64,000 bases of DNA from an uncultured Gemmatimonadales bacterium (GCA_965652025.1 CBFGTM010000005.1:3771-67770), one strand, 5' to 3'; shown: positions 37,026-46,829, counted from the stretch's first letter. Notes: a model not told the origin generated them from the letters alone. Program-made: numbers and translations.

Positions 37026-38324
37026 CTATTTGATGAGCTGAAGGGTTCTTATCAGTGATCCCGTGCTGCCACCGCCGCTCCCGCGCCCGCCGACGAATCC
37101 GAGGAACCGCCCGGTGATCGGGTCCTTGCATTGCGGACCCGAACAGCCTGGGGGACGCTTGTCCACAAAGATCCTTGCGAAATTATTGAACTGCAATGTG
37201 TTATCGCTGGGGCCTGTCATCTCGTTTTCGGGATCGTAGAGGGCCACTATGACCACTCGCGGACTATCCGGCAGTCCATCATGATCTCGATCGGGAAAGT
37301 CAGAATCCCTTACCCGGTTGTCGGTATCATCCCACCATGCGTCCGGGTCGTACCCGATTCGCGTGTCCCAGGCCGGGCTGATCTGGCCTACTTGCGCGCC
37401 GTTGCCCGCCGCTGCGGGATACTCGGTGCCGACGGTCGCTAGCTCACAGGATACGTTGGCGATTTTATCGTGCACGATCTGGGCGCTGTTGGCGTCGTTG
37501 GTGGTGTATCCCCAGGCATAGTAGTTGGAGCTGACGGTGCCGTCCTTGGGTGATATGTTCATCAGCACCATCTGCCGGCCGTAATCATTGGTCTTGTGCA
37601 AAAAGGGATCAGATCCACCTAGGGAGTTCCTCGCCGCTGTGCCGTAACCGTAGTCTCCCTGGCCATCGTTGTCGGCATCGTACACGTCTACACCGGGATC
37701 GAACTCCCAGAGCTCCCGTTCCACGGAATTGCCGGTTCCCCCATCCAACCACCCGTTCAGCGCTACCTGGCCGTCGAGGTAACTCCAGAGCCCATCCGGA
37801 GTCCCCCGCTCTTCCGGCGGGTTGTTTCCGGAGCCAGCGATGTCATTGTTCTGCCACAGGTCCGGAAGGGCCACTGGCATGACACAGGAGGCAATGCTGG
37901 TCTCGTAGGCACGGGCCGTTGCCGCAGCATTGACTGCCATGGTCGGTATGCCTATGGCATGGGCGAACCAGAGGTCCATCTGAGGACCAGAGTAGGTGAC
38001 GGTAATCGTGTCGGGACGACTCAGATCCACCGCGATCTGGGGGTTCGTTATCGGAATGTTGTGGACCGTGTGCTTCCCGGCGTACTCCCGCGCGCGCGCC
38101 TCGGCCTCGATCTGTTTGTTTACCAGAGGGTCTGGAATCAGGAACGCGCTGGCTCCTGCCAAGGCCGCGGCGTCCACCGCCCGCTGGGCCTCCGCCTTGG
38201 ACGCCTTGATCATGCCGAAATCCACCGCCAGGGCACTCATCCCCAGGGCCAAGAACAACATCAGCGACATCATCACGAGGGTTACCCCGCGCTCCCTCCG
38301 CCGCCCCGATTCGCTGGACCGCAT
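37026..38324 (-). CDS. tadG: TadG-like pseudopilin / pilus-associated protein
   Basis: TadE/G-like N-terminus RERGVTLVMMSLMLFLALGMSALAVDFG followed by a large extracellular domain. ATG 38324 is preceded by GAGGAGGA. The longest ORF (38378) would overlap cpaC. Confidence 0.75.
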   Translation of the reverse strand: MRSSESGRRRERGVTLVMMSLMLFLALGMSALAVDFGMIKASKAEAQRAVDAAALAGASAFLIPDPLVNKQIEAEARAREYAGKHTVHNIPITNPQIAVDLSRPDTITVTYSGPQMDLWFAHAIGIPTMAVNAAATARAYETSIASCVMPVALPDLWQNNDIAGSGNNPPEERGTPDGLWSYLDGQVALNGWLDGGTGNSVERELWEFDPGVDVYDADNDGQGDYGYGTAARNSLGGSDPFLHKTNDYGRQMVLMNISPKDGTVSSNYYAWGYTTNDANSAQIVHDKIANVSCELATVGTEYPAAAGNGAQVGQISPAWDTRIGYDPDAWWDDTDNRVRDSDFPDRDHDGLPDSPRVVIVALYDPENEMTGPSDNTLQFNNFARIFVDKRPPGCSGPQCKDPITGRFLGFVGGRGSGGGSTGSLIRTLQLIK

Positions 38325-38334
38325 ACGTCCTCCT

Positions 38335-39702
38335 CTAATGCTCCTGATAACTTCTCCACGCAGTATCCGCCGGACCACCCTTCATCTTCATATCTCCGGA
38401 CCATTTCCAGGTCGCGGGCTCGCCAGTGGGCAATAGGGCTGGCGCGTCGCTCGGCAGCACCAGCTTGGGTGAGACCAGTACCAGAAGCTCGGTGCGCCGC
38501 TGCCGTGCGTCCTTGGACTTGAAAAACTGCCCCAGGATGGGAAGGTCACCCAGTAGTGGAATCTTGGTCGAATTGTCCGTCATGGTGTTGTCTATCAGTC
38601 CCGCGATGGCCAGGTACTGGCCATTCTTCATCTCGACTTCGGTGTCCGCCCGGCGGCTGAGAATGCTGGGAATAGTGAACCCGCCGAAGACCAGGGGATT
38701 GGAGAAATCCAGCGCCGACACCTCGGGGGCGACCTTCAACCGAATGCTGCCGCTCCGGGTAATGGTCGGGGTGAATTTCAGGCGGATGCCGAACTCCTTG
38801 AAAACAATGGATACCGCGTTGTTACCGCCGCCCCCTTGCACCGCGGGATAGGGAAACTCCCCTCCGGCCAGGAAGGAGGCCTCCCGCCCCGGAAATGCGA
38901 TGAGGTTGGGCTCCGCCAGGCTTTTCAATAGTCCCTTGGAGGTAAGGGCCCGGATCAGCACCTCGATGCTGGCATTCGCGTTGAAGAGGCCGAGGTCAAC
39001 TACCCCGTCGGCGAACCCGCCGTCTTGCGGGTTGGTATTGGCCGACCCGATCCAGTCTCCGGTGCGGCTATTCAGGTCCTGGGGGTTGAGCGTGGCGAGC
39101 TGGGAGCGGAACTCCTTAATGGCGCTCTTGTTCACCTCAGCGAACCGGACCTTGAGCAGGACCTGAACCGCCTCTGGCGTGCTCAGGTTGTCCACAATAG
39201 TGGCTCCGGAGCCCTTGGCGATCTCTACCGCGCGGTTGGCCACGCTGGCGTCGCGCACCTGGCCCGAGAGCGTCACCACGTTGCCGCTGGCGACAACATC
39301 GATGCGCTCTCCCTGGAGCACTGAGGCTAGATAGCGCTGGAGCCCAGGAGCGTCAGCCGTTACCTCCACCGAGTACAACTTGATCTGCCCCTGGTTGTCC
39401 CACAGGAATAGACTGGTTGTCCCCAAGGTCTTCCCGTTGATCAGGATCTCGGTAGGAGACACCACGACCGCCTCGGCGACCGCGGGGTCACCAATGGAGA
39501 AGCGCTGGATAGCTGTGGGATTGACCAGGAGCGCGGATGCGCCCTTGGAGACCGAGACAACCTGCTCCGGTGCCCGAACCACCCGCTGGGCCTGGGCTGA
39601 GCGACCGCTGACCGCCATAACCGCAACGAGAAGCGCACCGGCAATACACCACTGCCGGGCTGAGAGACAAGAACCGGTCTGACCGCGGCGGAGGCTGAGC
39701 AC
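38335..39702 (-). CDS. cpaC: Tad secretin CpaC/RcpA
   Basis: Signal peptide, BON-like N-domain (VVASGNVVTLSGQVRD), secretin C-domain (GGFTIPSILSRRADTEVEMKNGQYLAIAGL...IPLLGDLPILGQFF). Confidence 0.9.
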   Translation of the reverse strand: MLSLRRGQTGSCLSARQWCIAGALLVAVMAVSGRSAQAQRVVRAPEQVVSVSKGASALLVNPTAIQRFSIGDPAVAEAVVVSPTEILINGKTLGTTSLFLWDNQGQIKLYSVEVTADAPGLQRYLASVLQGERIDVVASGNVVTLSGQVRDASVANRAVEIAKGSGATIVDNLSTPEAVQVLLKVRFAEVNKSAIKEFRSQLATLNPQDLNSRTGDWIGSANTNPQDGGFADGVVDLGLFNANASIEVLIRALTSKGLLKSLAEPNLIAFPGREASFLAGGEFPYPAVQGGGGNNAVSIVFKEFGIRLKFTPTITRSGSIRLKVAPEVSALDFSNPLVFGGFTIPSILSRRADTEVEMKNGQYLAIAGLIDNTMTDNSTKIPLLGDLPILGQFFKSKDARQRRTELLVLVSPKLVLPSDAPALLPTGEPATWKWSGDMKMKGGPADTAWRSYQEH

Positions 39703-39744
39703 GAATCTTCCATGGCTAAGGGTCAGGATCTCTGGGGCGAAGGG

Positions 39745-40587
39745 TCAGGGTTTCTGGAACGTGGTAAGGGTTCGCTCCCCCCCCTTGTAACCCTCCACGA
39801 CAGTCGGATTCGCCCTGGGGGTGGCGACCGGGCGAGCTCGTGAAGACCGATTCGGAGTCGAGCCGGCGGGGGCGCTGGGAGAGAGCTTGTCGGCTCGGGC
39901 TCCGCTGGTGGAGACGGCGAGCGTATCCAGTGTGTTCCGCAGGGCGAGCTGGAGCCGACCCTCTTTCGCTGCCAGGGCCAGTAACTCGGCATTATCGGGC
40001 GAAACCAATAGCGTGATGACCGTTACGGTCTGAGGTTTGCCTTCTTTGTCGCGTTGGACCGATTGTCCAGCGGCGAGCGTTTGAACGTTCTGGAGCAGTG
40101 TCTTGGTAATTGCCTGAGGGCGGTTGGGACTCTTATCGAGGGTCAACAACACATCTACCCGGGTTCCTGGCAGGACGAAACCCGCGACTCCGATCACCTC
40201 GTCAACCCGGACGCTCATCGCCCTCATCCCATCTCGAATGATGATGGGAAGTCCACCACCCGCATCCTTGGTGGACATCTTGCTGGCCAGGAGGGGTTCG
40301 TTTTCGGCGACCGGGGTAATGATTCCGCGCCCGACCGCGTCGTTGACCGAGCGGACATACCCGGCGGGGACCGCCTCGGCGGGCCAGCTGACCGCTTTGA
40401 GGTCCCGCTCGGTGATGACGGCCCCTATTGGAAGACTGCGGGAGGAGAGAATGACAGTGGCTTTTCTCGGCTCGGCTGCCATGAGAGGAGTCGTGCGCTC
40501 CCGCAGGTATCGCAGTGCCAGGAGCGCCGCCACGATGCCCGATGTGAGAGCCAGCAGGAGCATGAACCAGGGCCGTCTTTTTCTCAT
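39745..40587 (-). CDS. cpaB: Flp pilus assembly protein CpaB/RcpC
   Basis: N-terminal TM anchor MRKRRPWFMLLLALTSGIVAAL, SAF-like domain (LPIGAVITERDLKAV), RcpC-type C-domain. Confidence 0.88.
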   Translation of the reverse strand: MRKRRPWFMLLLALTSGIVAALLALRYLRERTTPLMAAEPRKATVILSSRSLPIGAVITERDLKAVSWPAEAVPAGYVRSVNDAVGRGIITPVAENEPLLASKMSTKDAGGGLPIIIRDGMRAMSVRVDEVIGVAGFVLPGTRVDVLLTLDKSPNRPQAITKTLLQNVQTLAAGQSVQRDKEGKPQTVTVITLLVSPDNAELLALAAKEGRLQLALRNTLDTLAVSTSGARADKLSPSAPAGSTPNRSSRARPVATPRANPTVVEGYKGGERTLTTFQKP

Positions 40588-40666
40588 GGGAACGCTCGCT
40601 TAACCATCGGTTGACGCCGGACCAGCAAGACTGCTCCCCCGGCCGTGATTGCTTCGTGAATAGCTG

Positions 40667-41131
40667 CTACTCGCCCCGCATGGTTGCATCGGTATTGATA
40701 GTTACGGTCGAAGGCACGCCAGCCCATTTGAGAAGAACGTGGACCAGCGGCATTCTATGCCGAGCGGCAACGCTCACCGTCATCTCTCTGCCGGTACCGT
40801 CCGTGCTGTGAAAGCAGGCGGTGATCGGGGAGCAAAACGGATCAGCGCTCGAAATAACGATGGTACTAGTAGTCGTATCGACATTTGAGAGAGCGAGCCG
40901 CTCCCGGATCTTATGCTCAACTTGGGCCAGCGTTAGCGTGTTATCCATGACGACCGTGTACCGGGCACCCTCCCGGGCTGCATCGGTTACGGCCTGCTTG
41001 ATATTCCACGCCCGCCCGAACTCGATTATGGCAGCTATGAACAGAAGAATTAGCGGCAGCACCAGGGCGAACTCCGCCAGCGCTTGTCCGCGCCAGCTGG
41101 TGCACCGTGCAAACCACCTTCGGCCGCTCAT
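40667..41131 (-). CDS. tadE: TadE-like pseudopilin
   Basis: RGQALAEFALVLPLILLFIAAIIEFGRAW (TadE N-terminal motif). ATGA overlap with the cpaA stop. Confidence 0.85.
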   Translation of the reverse strand: MSGRRWFARCTSWRGQALAEFALVLPLILLFIAAIIEFGRAWNIKQAVTDAAREGARYTVVMDNTLTLAQVEHKIRERLALSNVDTTTSTIVISSADPFCSPITACFHSTDGTGREMTVSVAARHRMPLVHVLLKWAGVPSTVTINTDATMRGE

Positions 41132-41652
41132 AGACGGACCCCTTCACCGAACCACCAGATGAGTGTTCCTAGGGCGATTGGCACGCCGTAGGGTATCGTG
41201 AGGGCACCGGGCGATTCGAGCTTTCGAATCGGACCAGCTCGCCCCAGAGTGAGCCAGGACTTGATCACGTCGACCGTGTTCAAGACTAGGAGAGGAAGAA
41301 CCCCCCTGAGGCTCATGGTGAGCAGCGCATACGCTGCTCCCAGTACGGCAATCAAACCCAAGGCTCCCAGCACTTCGCCGGAGCCGAGGAATGCGCCCAC
41401 GGCTGCCAACAACTTCACGTCTCCTCCGCCGATCGCGCGAAGGACATAGAACACGAGCCCCAACCCGAGTGCGATCCCTAATCCACCCAGCCCTTGCAAC
41501 AAGATGTCTAACCCGAGCGGGGCTCTCAGGATCACGGCTGCAGCGAGCCCCGTCATCGTGAGCTGGTTGGGAATTCGCCCGGTGTTTACATCCCACCAGG
41601 CAGCGGTGCAGACAAATACCAGGATGGTAAGGGTCGCCGCTGCCTGGGTCAT
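41128..41652 (-). CDS. cpaA: Prepilin peptidase CpaA/TadV (A24 family, no methyltransferase domain)
   Basis: 174-aa polytopic protein with the two catalytic Asp contexts (WWDVNTGRIPN, GGGDVKLLAA). Confidence 0.88.
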   Translation of the reverse strand: MTQAAATLTILVFVCTAAWWDVNTGRIPNQLTMTGLAAAVILRAPLGLDILLQGLGGLGIALGLGLVFYVLRAIGGGDVKLLAAVGAFLGSGEVLGALGLIAVLGAAYALLTMSLRGVLPLLVLNTVDVIKSWLTLGRAGPIRKLESPGALTIPYGVPIALGTLIWWFGEGVRL

Positions 41653-41662
41653 CCCCAGGGCC

Positions 41663-41848
41663 TCAGCTGGCCTTTGCGGCCGCTGTCGTCAGATCGCTGT
41701 TGGCCTTGGTAAAAATCTTCTGAATCGAAATCCCCATTCCCTGAATCAGGAGTACAACACCGATCACAATTAGTCCGAGCAGCAAGGCATACTCGGCGAG
41801 TCCCTGACCTGACTCATCGTTCCAGAGCTTCTTAGCTAGCGCCATCAT
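41663..41848 (-). CDS. flp: Flp-family pilin (copy 1)
   Basis: 61 aa. Flp processing motif G/LAEYALLL followed by a hydrophobic helix. GGAGGA Shine-Dalgarno upstream of ATG 41848. Confidence 0.9.
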   Translation of the reverse strand: MMALAKKLWNDESGQGLAEYALLLGLIVIGVVLLIQGMGISIQKIFTKANSDLTTAAAKAS

Positions 41849-41929
41849 ATGGTGCTTCCTCCAGTGCTGTTGGTGTCGTACAACGGGGGTCAAAATCCTG
41901 CAGGCTCCGGTACGGGTCTAGCAAATACT

Positions 41930-42115
41930 TCAGCTAGCTTTCGCCGCCGCAGTTTCGAGATCGCTGTTCGCCTTGGTAAAGATCTTTTGGATCGAAATCC
42001 CCATGCCCTGAATCAGGAGTACAACCCCGATCACGATGAGGCCCAGCAGCAGTGCATACTCGGCGAGTCCTTGCCCGGACTCGTCAGCCCAAAACCTCTT
42101 CGCGAGTTCTCTCAT
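41930..42115 (-). CDS. flp: Flp-family pilin (copy 2)
   Basis: 61 aa. From DESGQG onwards identical to copy 1 except one residue. AGGAGGAG Shine-Dalgarno upstream of ATG 42115. Confidence 0.9.
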   Translation of the reverse strand: MRELAKRFWADESGQGLAEYALLLGLIVIGVVLLIQGMGISIQKIFTKANSDLETAAAKAS

Positions 42116-42153
42116 GGGATAGCTCCTCCTACCTTGCTCGTTGGGGGTCAGGG

Positions 42154-42351
42154 TTATAAGGAAAAACAAACCAATCCCCGCAAGGGGATGCTGCTGGCGC
42201 TCACTTGGCGCTGACGAGAGAACTGCATTTCTCTGAGGGGGCAGGTCTCGTCCTGCGGGATTCCTTCGGTACACAGATATAGCACGCATTCGCTGGTGTC
42301 GCCAGTGACCTCAGGGAGGGCTATCGCTCTGTGGAAAAAGATCCGAGCCAT
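42154..42351 (-). CDS. Candidate small Cys-containing ORF (65 aa) upstream of flp
   Basis: ATG 42351 is preceded by GGAGG with a 6-nt spacer. Product: MARIFFHRAIALPEVTGDTSECVLYLCTEGIPQDETCP.... Codon usage is less GC3-biased than in neighbouring genes and no homologue is recognised, so coding status is doubtful. Confidence 0.25.
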   Translation of the reverse strand: MARIFFHRAIALPEVTGDTSECVLYLCTEGIPQDETCPLREMQFSRQRQVSASSIPLRGLVCFSL

Positions 42352-42522
42352 GATATACCTCCGGGAACGCAGGTCCGCTAGAGCCACCATCGCGTCATCA
42401 TGGGAACGGCGGTGGCAGTCACGAAGCTTGGTTGGCAGAGCAAAACTTCTGCCTCCAGTGGGCCGCCTATATTAGTTCTCCGGGTCGCCACTCCAGCAAC
42501 CCTCGCCCTCGCCACCAAGTCA

Positions 42523-44163
42523 ATGACTTCTAAGAAGTTGGCGGCTGATGCCGTAGCCAACGGGATACCTTCCCTCGAGCATGCAACATCACGAGGGCCG
42601 TGGCATCATCGCATCGCACCGTCGCCTGCGGCCCTCATCTTTGTACTGCTTGGGTTAGCAGTCCCTCTCCTACTTCAGAAGCCGCTGCTGAACTCCGATG
42701 GGGATCTGGCTCGGCATCTGGCGCACGGGCGCTACATGCTGGAGCATGGCTCTCTCATTCGGGCGGACCCGTTTTCCTTCACCCGCCCCGGCGCTCCCTT
42801 TGTGGGATTCGAGTACGGAAGTCAGCTCCTCTACGCGTTGGCAGAGCGGGCCGGAGGACTGCCCGCAGTCGCTATCCTGGCCGGGCTCTTGATCGCGCTG
42901 ACGTACGGGCTGCTTACGCAGCTTCTGTTGCGACGGGGCGTGGATCCGCTTCTGACTTGCCTCACGGTCGGAATGGCTGTCGCCCTGGGAATCGAGCATT
43001 GGACCGCACGCCCGCACCTTTTCACCTTCGTGGCGGTGGTCCTGCTGTTCGGGATGCTGGAGCGCCCAGGCGCATCTCTGGAGCATGGAAGGTGGAAGCC
43101 TGGGCTGTATGCGGCTGCTCTCTTTGTCCTCTGGGCCAACCTGCACGGCGGATTTGTGTATGGGTGGGTTCTTATCGCCCTCTACCTGCTTGGCAGCTTG
43201 GGTGAGCTGGTCTGGGGTGACGATCGGCAAATGTGGAAGCTTCGGGTCAGGTACTATATGAGCCTGCTGGTGACGGCCGTCGCGGTCACCCTGGTGAATC
43301 CTCGGGGATTGGAGCTCCACCGGCACCTGGTGGCATTCTTCCACAAGTCCTTCGCGCTGCGGAACACGTCCGAGTTCGTCTCACCCGATTTCCACGAGAC
43401 GAGCGGAAAGGTCTTCTTGGGGGTTCTGCTCCTGGCATTCGGTTCCCTGGGGCTGAATTCTCGACGCCCAAGTCTGCCTCATTTCCTGGTTATCTGCGCC
43501 GGGATAGCGTTCGCCCTCATTTCGCTCAGAAATATTCCACTGTTCGGCCTCACCGCCTTGCCTCTGCTCGCATTCAGTCTGGACTCTGCCTGGCGCCGGC
43601 TGCCCGACCCCACAGGGGTACGAGGCAGGTTCGAGGCCACTGTCCGGCAAACCAGTACCCTCCCTTGGATTCTCGCGGCGATAGTTCTGCTGGGCGGACT
43701 GGGAATGACTCGCGGTCGCATCGGATCGCTGCAGGTGATTCAGGATCGATTCGACCCGAGGGTGTTCCCGATTGACGCCGTTGCCCACGCTCGGAATGCG
43801 AATCTCCAGGGTCATTTATTCAGCGAGTTTACCTGGGGAGGTTATCTCGTCTATGCCTGGCCGGAGCAGAAGATTTTCATTGATGGTGGGACTGACTTCT
43901 TCGGGGACGACGTGTTTCGAGAGTACCGGTCGATCAAGCTCTTGGAGCCTGGGTGGCGCAGTCGCTTGGCGCAGCGGGACATTGCACTCGCCTTATTGCG
44001 CCCGGAATCGGCGCTGGCCCACGAGCTGGCCCGGGAGGCAAGCTGGCCCATCTGGTACTGCGATTCGCTAGCAGCTGTGTTTCGTCGTACCCCAGCTCCA
44101 CCGGTCATCTCCCTGACCGCGGCGGACTCAGCAGAGCAGGCCCTGAATCATTGTGGGCAATGA
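42523..44163 (+). CDS. Polytopic membrane protein, GT-C-fold-like (family unresolved)
   Basis: 546 aa from ATG 42523. After the first TM helix comes the loop NSDGDLARHLAHGRYMLEHGSLIRADPFSFT, then many TM segments and a C-terminal soluble domain. The longest ORF starts at 42400. Confidence 0.65.
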   Translation: MTSKKLAADAVANGIPSLEHATSRGPWHHRIAPSPAALIFVLLGLAVPLLLQKPLLNSDGDLARHLAHGRYMLEHGSLIRADPFSFTRPGAPFVGFEYGSQLLYALAERAGGLPAVAILAGLLIALTYGLLTQLLLRRGVDPLLTCLTVGMAVALGIEHWTARPHLFTFVAVVLLFGMLERPGASLEHGRWKPGLYAAALFVLWANLHGGFVYGWVLIALYLLGSLGELVWGDDRQMWKLRVRYYMSLLVTAVAVTLVNPRGLELHRHLVAFFHKSFALRNTSEFVSPDFHETSGKVFLGVLLLAFGSLGLNSRRPSLPHFLVICAGIAFALISLRNIPLFGLTALPLLAFSLDSAWRRLPDPTGVRGRFEATVRQTSTLPWILAAIVLLGGLGMTRGRIGSLQVIQDRFDPRVFPIDAVAHARNANLQGHLFSEFTWGGYLVYAWPEQKIFIDGGTDFFGDDVFREYRSIKLLEPGWRSRLAQRDIALALLRPESALAHELAREASWPIWYCDSLAAVFRRTPAPPVISLTAADSAEQALNHCGQ

Positions 44164-44165
44164 CT

Positions 44166-45134
44166 TCAAACATCATGACGGTCAGATTGGACCTCGCCCC
44201 GGGGCAGCCTGAGAACGAAGTAAACCATCGGTAGGTAGACGGCTCCAAGCATCACTGGCCAGATCCTCGCGGTCATGGCGGCAAGGTCCGGGAGATCAAG
44301 GTTAGCGCCCAAGGCTCCCACCGCTAACCAGGAGCCGACCACTAGAACGCTCATCTGGATTGGATTACGGGGGATCAGGGCTAGTGGGACCAGCTCGTAG
44401 GGAAGGGAGTTCTGAGGCACCAGGGAGAGGGCTACCAGCAGTCGTCCTTCCGGGGTTTTCCAGCGCAGCGCGGCCAGGAGCAGCAGCCACCCGAAGGGCC
44501 GCAGGACAGGACTCACCAAATGTGCATTCCGCCTTTGCAATGCCGACCACCAGTCGAGCGGCCACGATGGCAAGAGCACAAGACTGAGCGCCAGAATCGC
44601 GAGAACGCCGAGCAGGGCAGCCTTCCTCGGTCTTGCCGCGAATAGCGCGAGTCCAAGATTGGGTTTTACGGCCAGTACGAAACCCACGGCAGGTGTCAAA
44701 GCTGCGGCAGTGACCAGCGGAGAGGATTGACCGAACTTTGCGGCCAGAAAGTAGGCTCCAGAGAGCAGTGCTAACACCGCATGGGGGCTCCGATGGCGCC
44801 AGAGCGCGTAGGTGAGGAGTCCCCCGGAAACAATATCGAACGCAGGACGCGCCGCCTGAATAGGGAGGATTGTGAAGGGGACGGCGACCAGGACGGCTGG
44901 AAGTGGGTAAAACAGCGGGTAAGGATACCACTGATGGACGATAGGGTAGGGGTTTTCCCCAGCGAGGAGATGAATAGCAGCGTAATACAGGAGGTCGAAG
45001 TCGGTCCCGAGCTGGCCCTGGGCTTGGTAGGCCGCCAGCCTGAAACCAACGACGACCAGGAAGCCGAAACCCAGCCACCGCTTACCTTCGACCTGGCTGA
45101 AGGCCCGCTTCAACGCAGCGATAGAGACGTTCAC
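44166..45134 (-). CDS. GT87/DUF2029-like membrane glycosyltransferase
   Basis: Polytopic. N-terminal loop GTDFDLLYYAAIHLLAGENPYP fits the D-x-x-x-YY-x-A...G-x-x-PY pattern of DUF2029/PimE-type enzymes. Confidence 0.6.
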   Translation of the reverse strand: MNVSIAALKRAFSQVEGKRWLGFGFLVVVGFRLAAYQAQGQLGTDFDLLYYAAIHLLAGENPYPIVHQWYPYPLFYPLPAVLVAVPFTILPIQAARPAFDIVSGGLLTYALWRHRSPHAVLALLSGAYFLAAKFGQSSPLVTAAALTPAVGFVLAVKPNLGLALFAARPRKAALLGVLAILALSLVLLPSWPLDWWSALQRRNAHLVSPVLRPFGWLLLLAALRWKTPEGRLLVALSLVPQNSLPYELVPLALIPRNPIQMSVLVVGSWLAVGALGANLDLPDLAAMTARIWPVMLGAVYLPMVYFVLRLPRGEVQSDRHDV

Positions 45135-45170
45135 ATCCGTTCTGCCACGCTATTCCTGCCGCTCCCGGGG

Positions 45171-46829
45171 CTACTTGCCGGGCGTTGAAGTGAAGCCGAG
45201 GCGCAGGAGCTCGGCATCGGCCGCGGTCTGACGATACAGTACTCGACCACCCGCGTGGGATATTGCGTTCATGAGGAGGGTGAGTTCGACCGGCGTAGAG
45301 TGAGCGTCGGCAATGAGGAGCCAAATGTGGGGCCGAGCCGCTCGCCGAATGCGCCAGGCCTCACTTTCTGCCCAGCCGGAATCAGGCTCTGGTGACGAGA
45401 GGTGGCCCCTTCTCACCTGTACTCCACTGGAAGTCCCGTACAGTTCGGTACCCAGGGCCGCTGAATAGACCAGACTGTCGCTTTCACCAACGTACCGTCG
45501 ACCCCGACTGGCTCCATTGACCGAAGCCGGACCATTCGGACCGGTGACTCTGGCCACCCAGGCAAGCCTGCCAGTGTCGGGAGCCGCCCAATCGGTGGTG
45601 TGGAAGACCCATGCGGGCGCCGCCCGCGGATACACGTAAACCGGCTCGCCTCCGCTGTGCTGAATAAAGAGCCGGGTCAGAGGCTTGACCTCGGTACCGT
45701 AGAACCCCCAGGTGCCGGAAGGCGCAACGACGAGCGCCATAGCGAGCACGAGGGAGGGATACACGGCGAGGATGAGGATCCACTTGGCGCGGATTTTGGG
45801 CCAGCTTTGCTCCACCCGGTTAGCGACGCCGACGGTGCCGGCCGCCACCAAAGTGGCCACCACCGGAGCGATGAAAAGCAGCAGCCGAGTTGCCAGCGGA
45901 TAACGCCCCAGTAGCGACGCTCCAAAAGTTGCGAGCATAGGGCCGCTGATGAGGATGGCGTACTGCGGTCCACGTTGACGCCATATCCATACCAGCCCGA
46001 TGACCATGACCAGCAGCAGTCCGGGCCAGAGCTCAACGACGCCTCGCCAGCAGGTTAGCGTGCAAGAAAGCTCGGCCAGCCCGGACCAGAGTCGGGTGCC
46101 GAAATCTGGTGAGAGTGGTCCTAGAAGGCTCTGACTCCAGAACTCTCGCATGTACGGGGCGCCGGCATTAGCGGCGTACCAGAGTACATACGTAGTGGAG
46201 AAGATCGAGCCCCATAGCAGAACCAGAAGAGCCAGCCATGGCAGCAGGTACCACCGTCTGGTCCGGAAGGCCGCGGCCGCGAGACCTGCGGCCAGGCCAG
46301 CAACTACCAGGAAGGCAGGGCTCGAGAGGAGCACGCCGGCCGACCCGCCGAGCCCAAGCCCTGCCCAGCGGCGTGAGTTCTCCAGGTCATCCATGAGTCG
46401 AATGGCGATCCAGACCAGAACAGCGGCCACGAGGCTGTCGACTATGTATGGCTTGACCTCGAGCGAGTACCGGATCAGAGGATAGGAACCTGCGCTCAGT
46501 GCAACGGCCACGAGGGCGGGAATCCGGCCCGCAAGCGAATCGGCCAGACGGTACACGACCCACAGGAGGGCAATGCCGGCCATCAGGGGGGCTACTCTGA
46601 GCGTGTACTCCGACACGCCCGCCACCATGGTGACCACCCGCTCGGCCCAGAGGAACGGAACCGTAGCAACCTGACCGTAGTCCAGAGGTGCGAGAAGCTG
46701 CTTGAACGTGCGCGTTCCAATGTTCAAGGCGAGCATCGCTTCGTCGCCGCTCAGCGAGGAGTTTTGGAAGAAGCCGGTGATTCTCACCAGGGTTCCAAAC
46801 AGAATGAGACCGACGGCCACAGCTCTCAA
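45171..46829 (-). CDS. GT-C membrane glycosyltransferase, GT39/ArnT-like
   Basis: 552 aa, polytopic. First loop SLSGDEAMLALNIG (acidic DE motif), C-terminal soluble domain. Confidence 0.7.
   Translation of the reverse strand: MRAVAVGLILFGTLVRITGFFQNSSLSGDEAMLALNIGTRTFKQLLAPLDYGQVATVPFLWAERVVTMVAGVSEYTLRVAPLMAGIALLWVVYRLADSLAGRIPALVAVALSAGSYPLIRYSLEVKPYIVDSLVAAVLVWIAIRLMDDLENSRRWAGLGLGGSAGVLLSSPAFLVVAGLAAGLAAAAFRTRRWYLLPWLALLVLLWGSIFSTTYVLWYAANAGAPYMREFWSQSLLGPLSPDFGTRLWSGLAELSCTLTCWRGVVELWPGLLLVMVIGLVWIWRQRGPQYAILISGPMLATFGASLLGRYPLATRLLLFIAPVVATLVAAGTVGVANRVEQSWPKIRAKWILILAVYPSLVLAMALVVAPSGTWGFYGTEVKPLTRLFIQHSGGEPVYVYPRAAPAWVFHTTDWAAPDTGRLAWVARVTGPNGPASVNGASRGRRYVGESDSLVYSAALGTELYGTSSGVQVRRGHLSSPEPDSGWAESEAWRIRRAARPHIWLLIADAHSTPVELTLLMNAISHAGGRVLYRQTAADAELLRLGFTSTPGK

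Noticed and set aside
42433-42453. TGGCAG...hairpin (GGCAGA-N8-TCTGCC) in the tad / GT-C divergent spacer, considered as a sigma54 -24/-12 promoter
   Set aside because: It lacks the TTGC -12 element at the right spacing. Only a 6-bp stem remains, which is not convincing as a regulatory site.
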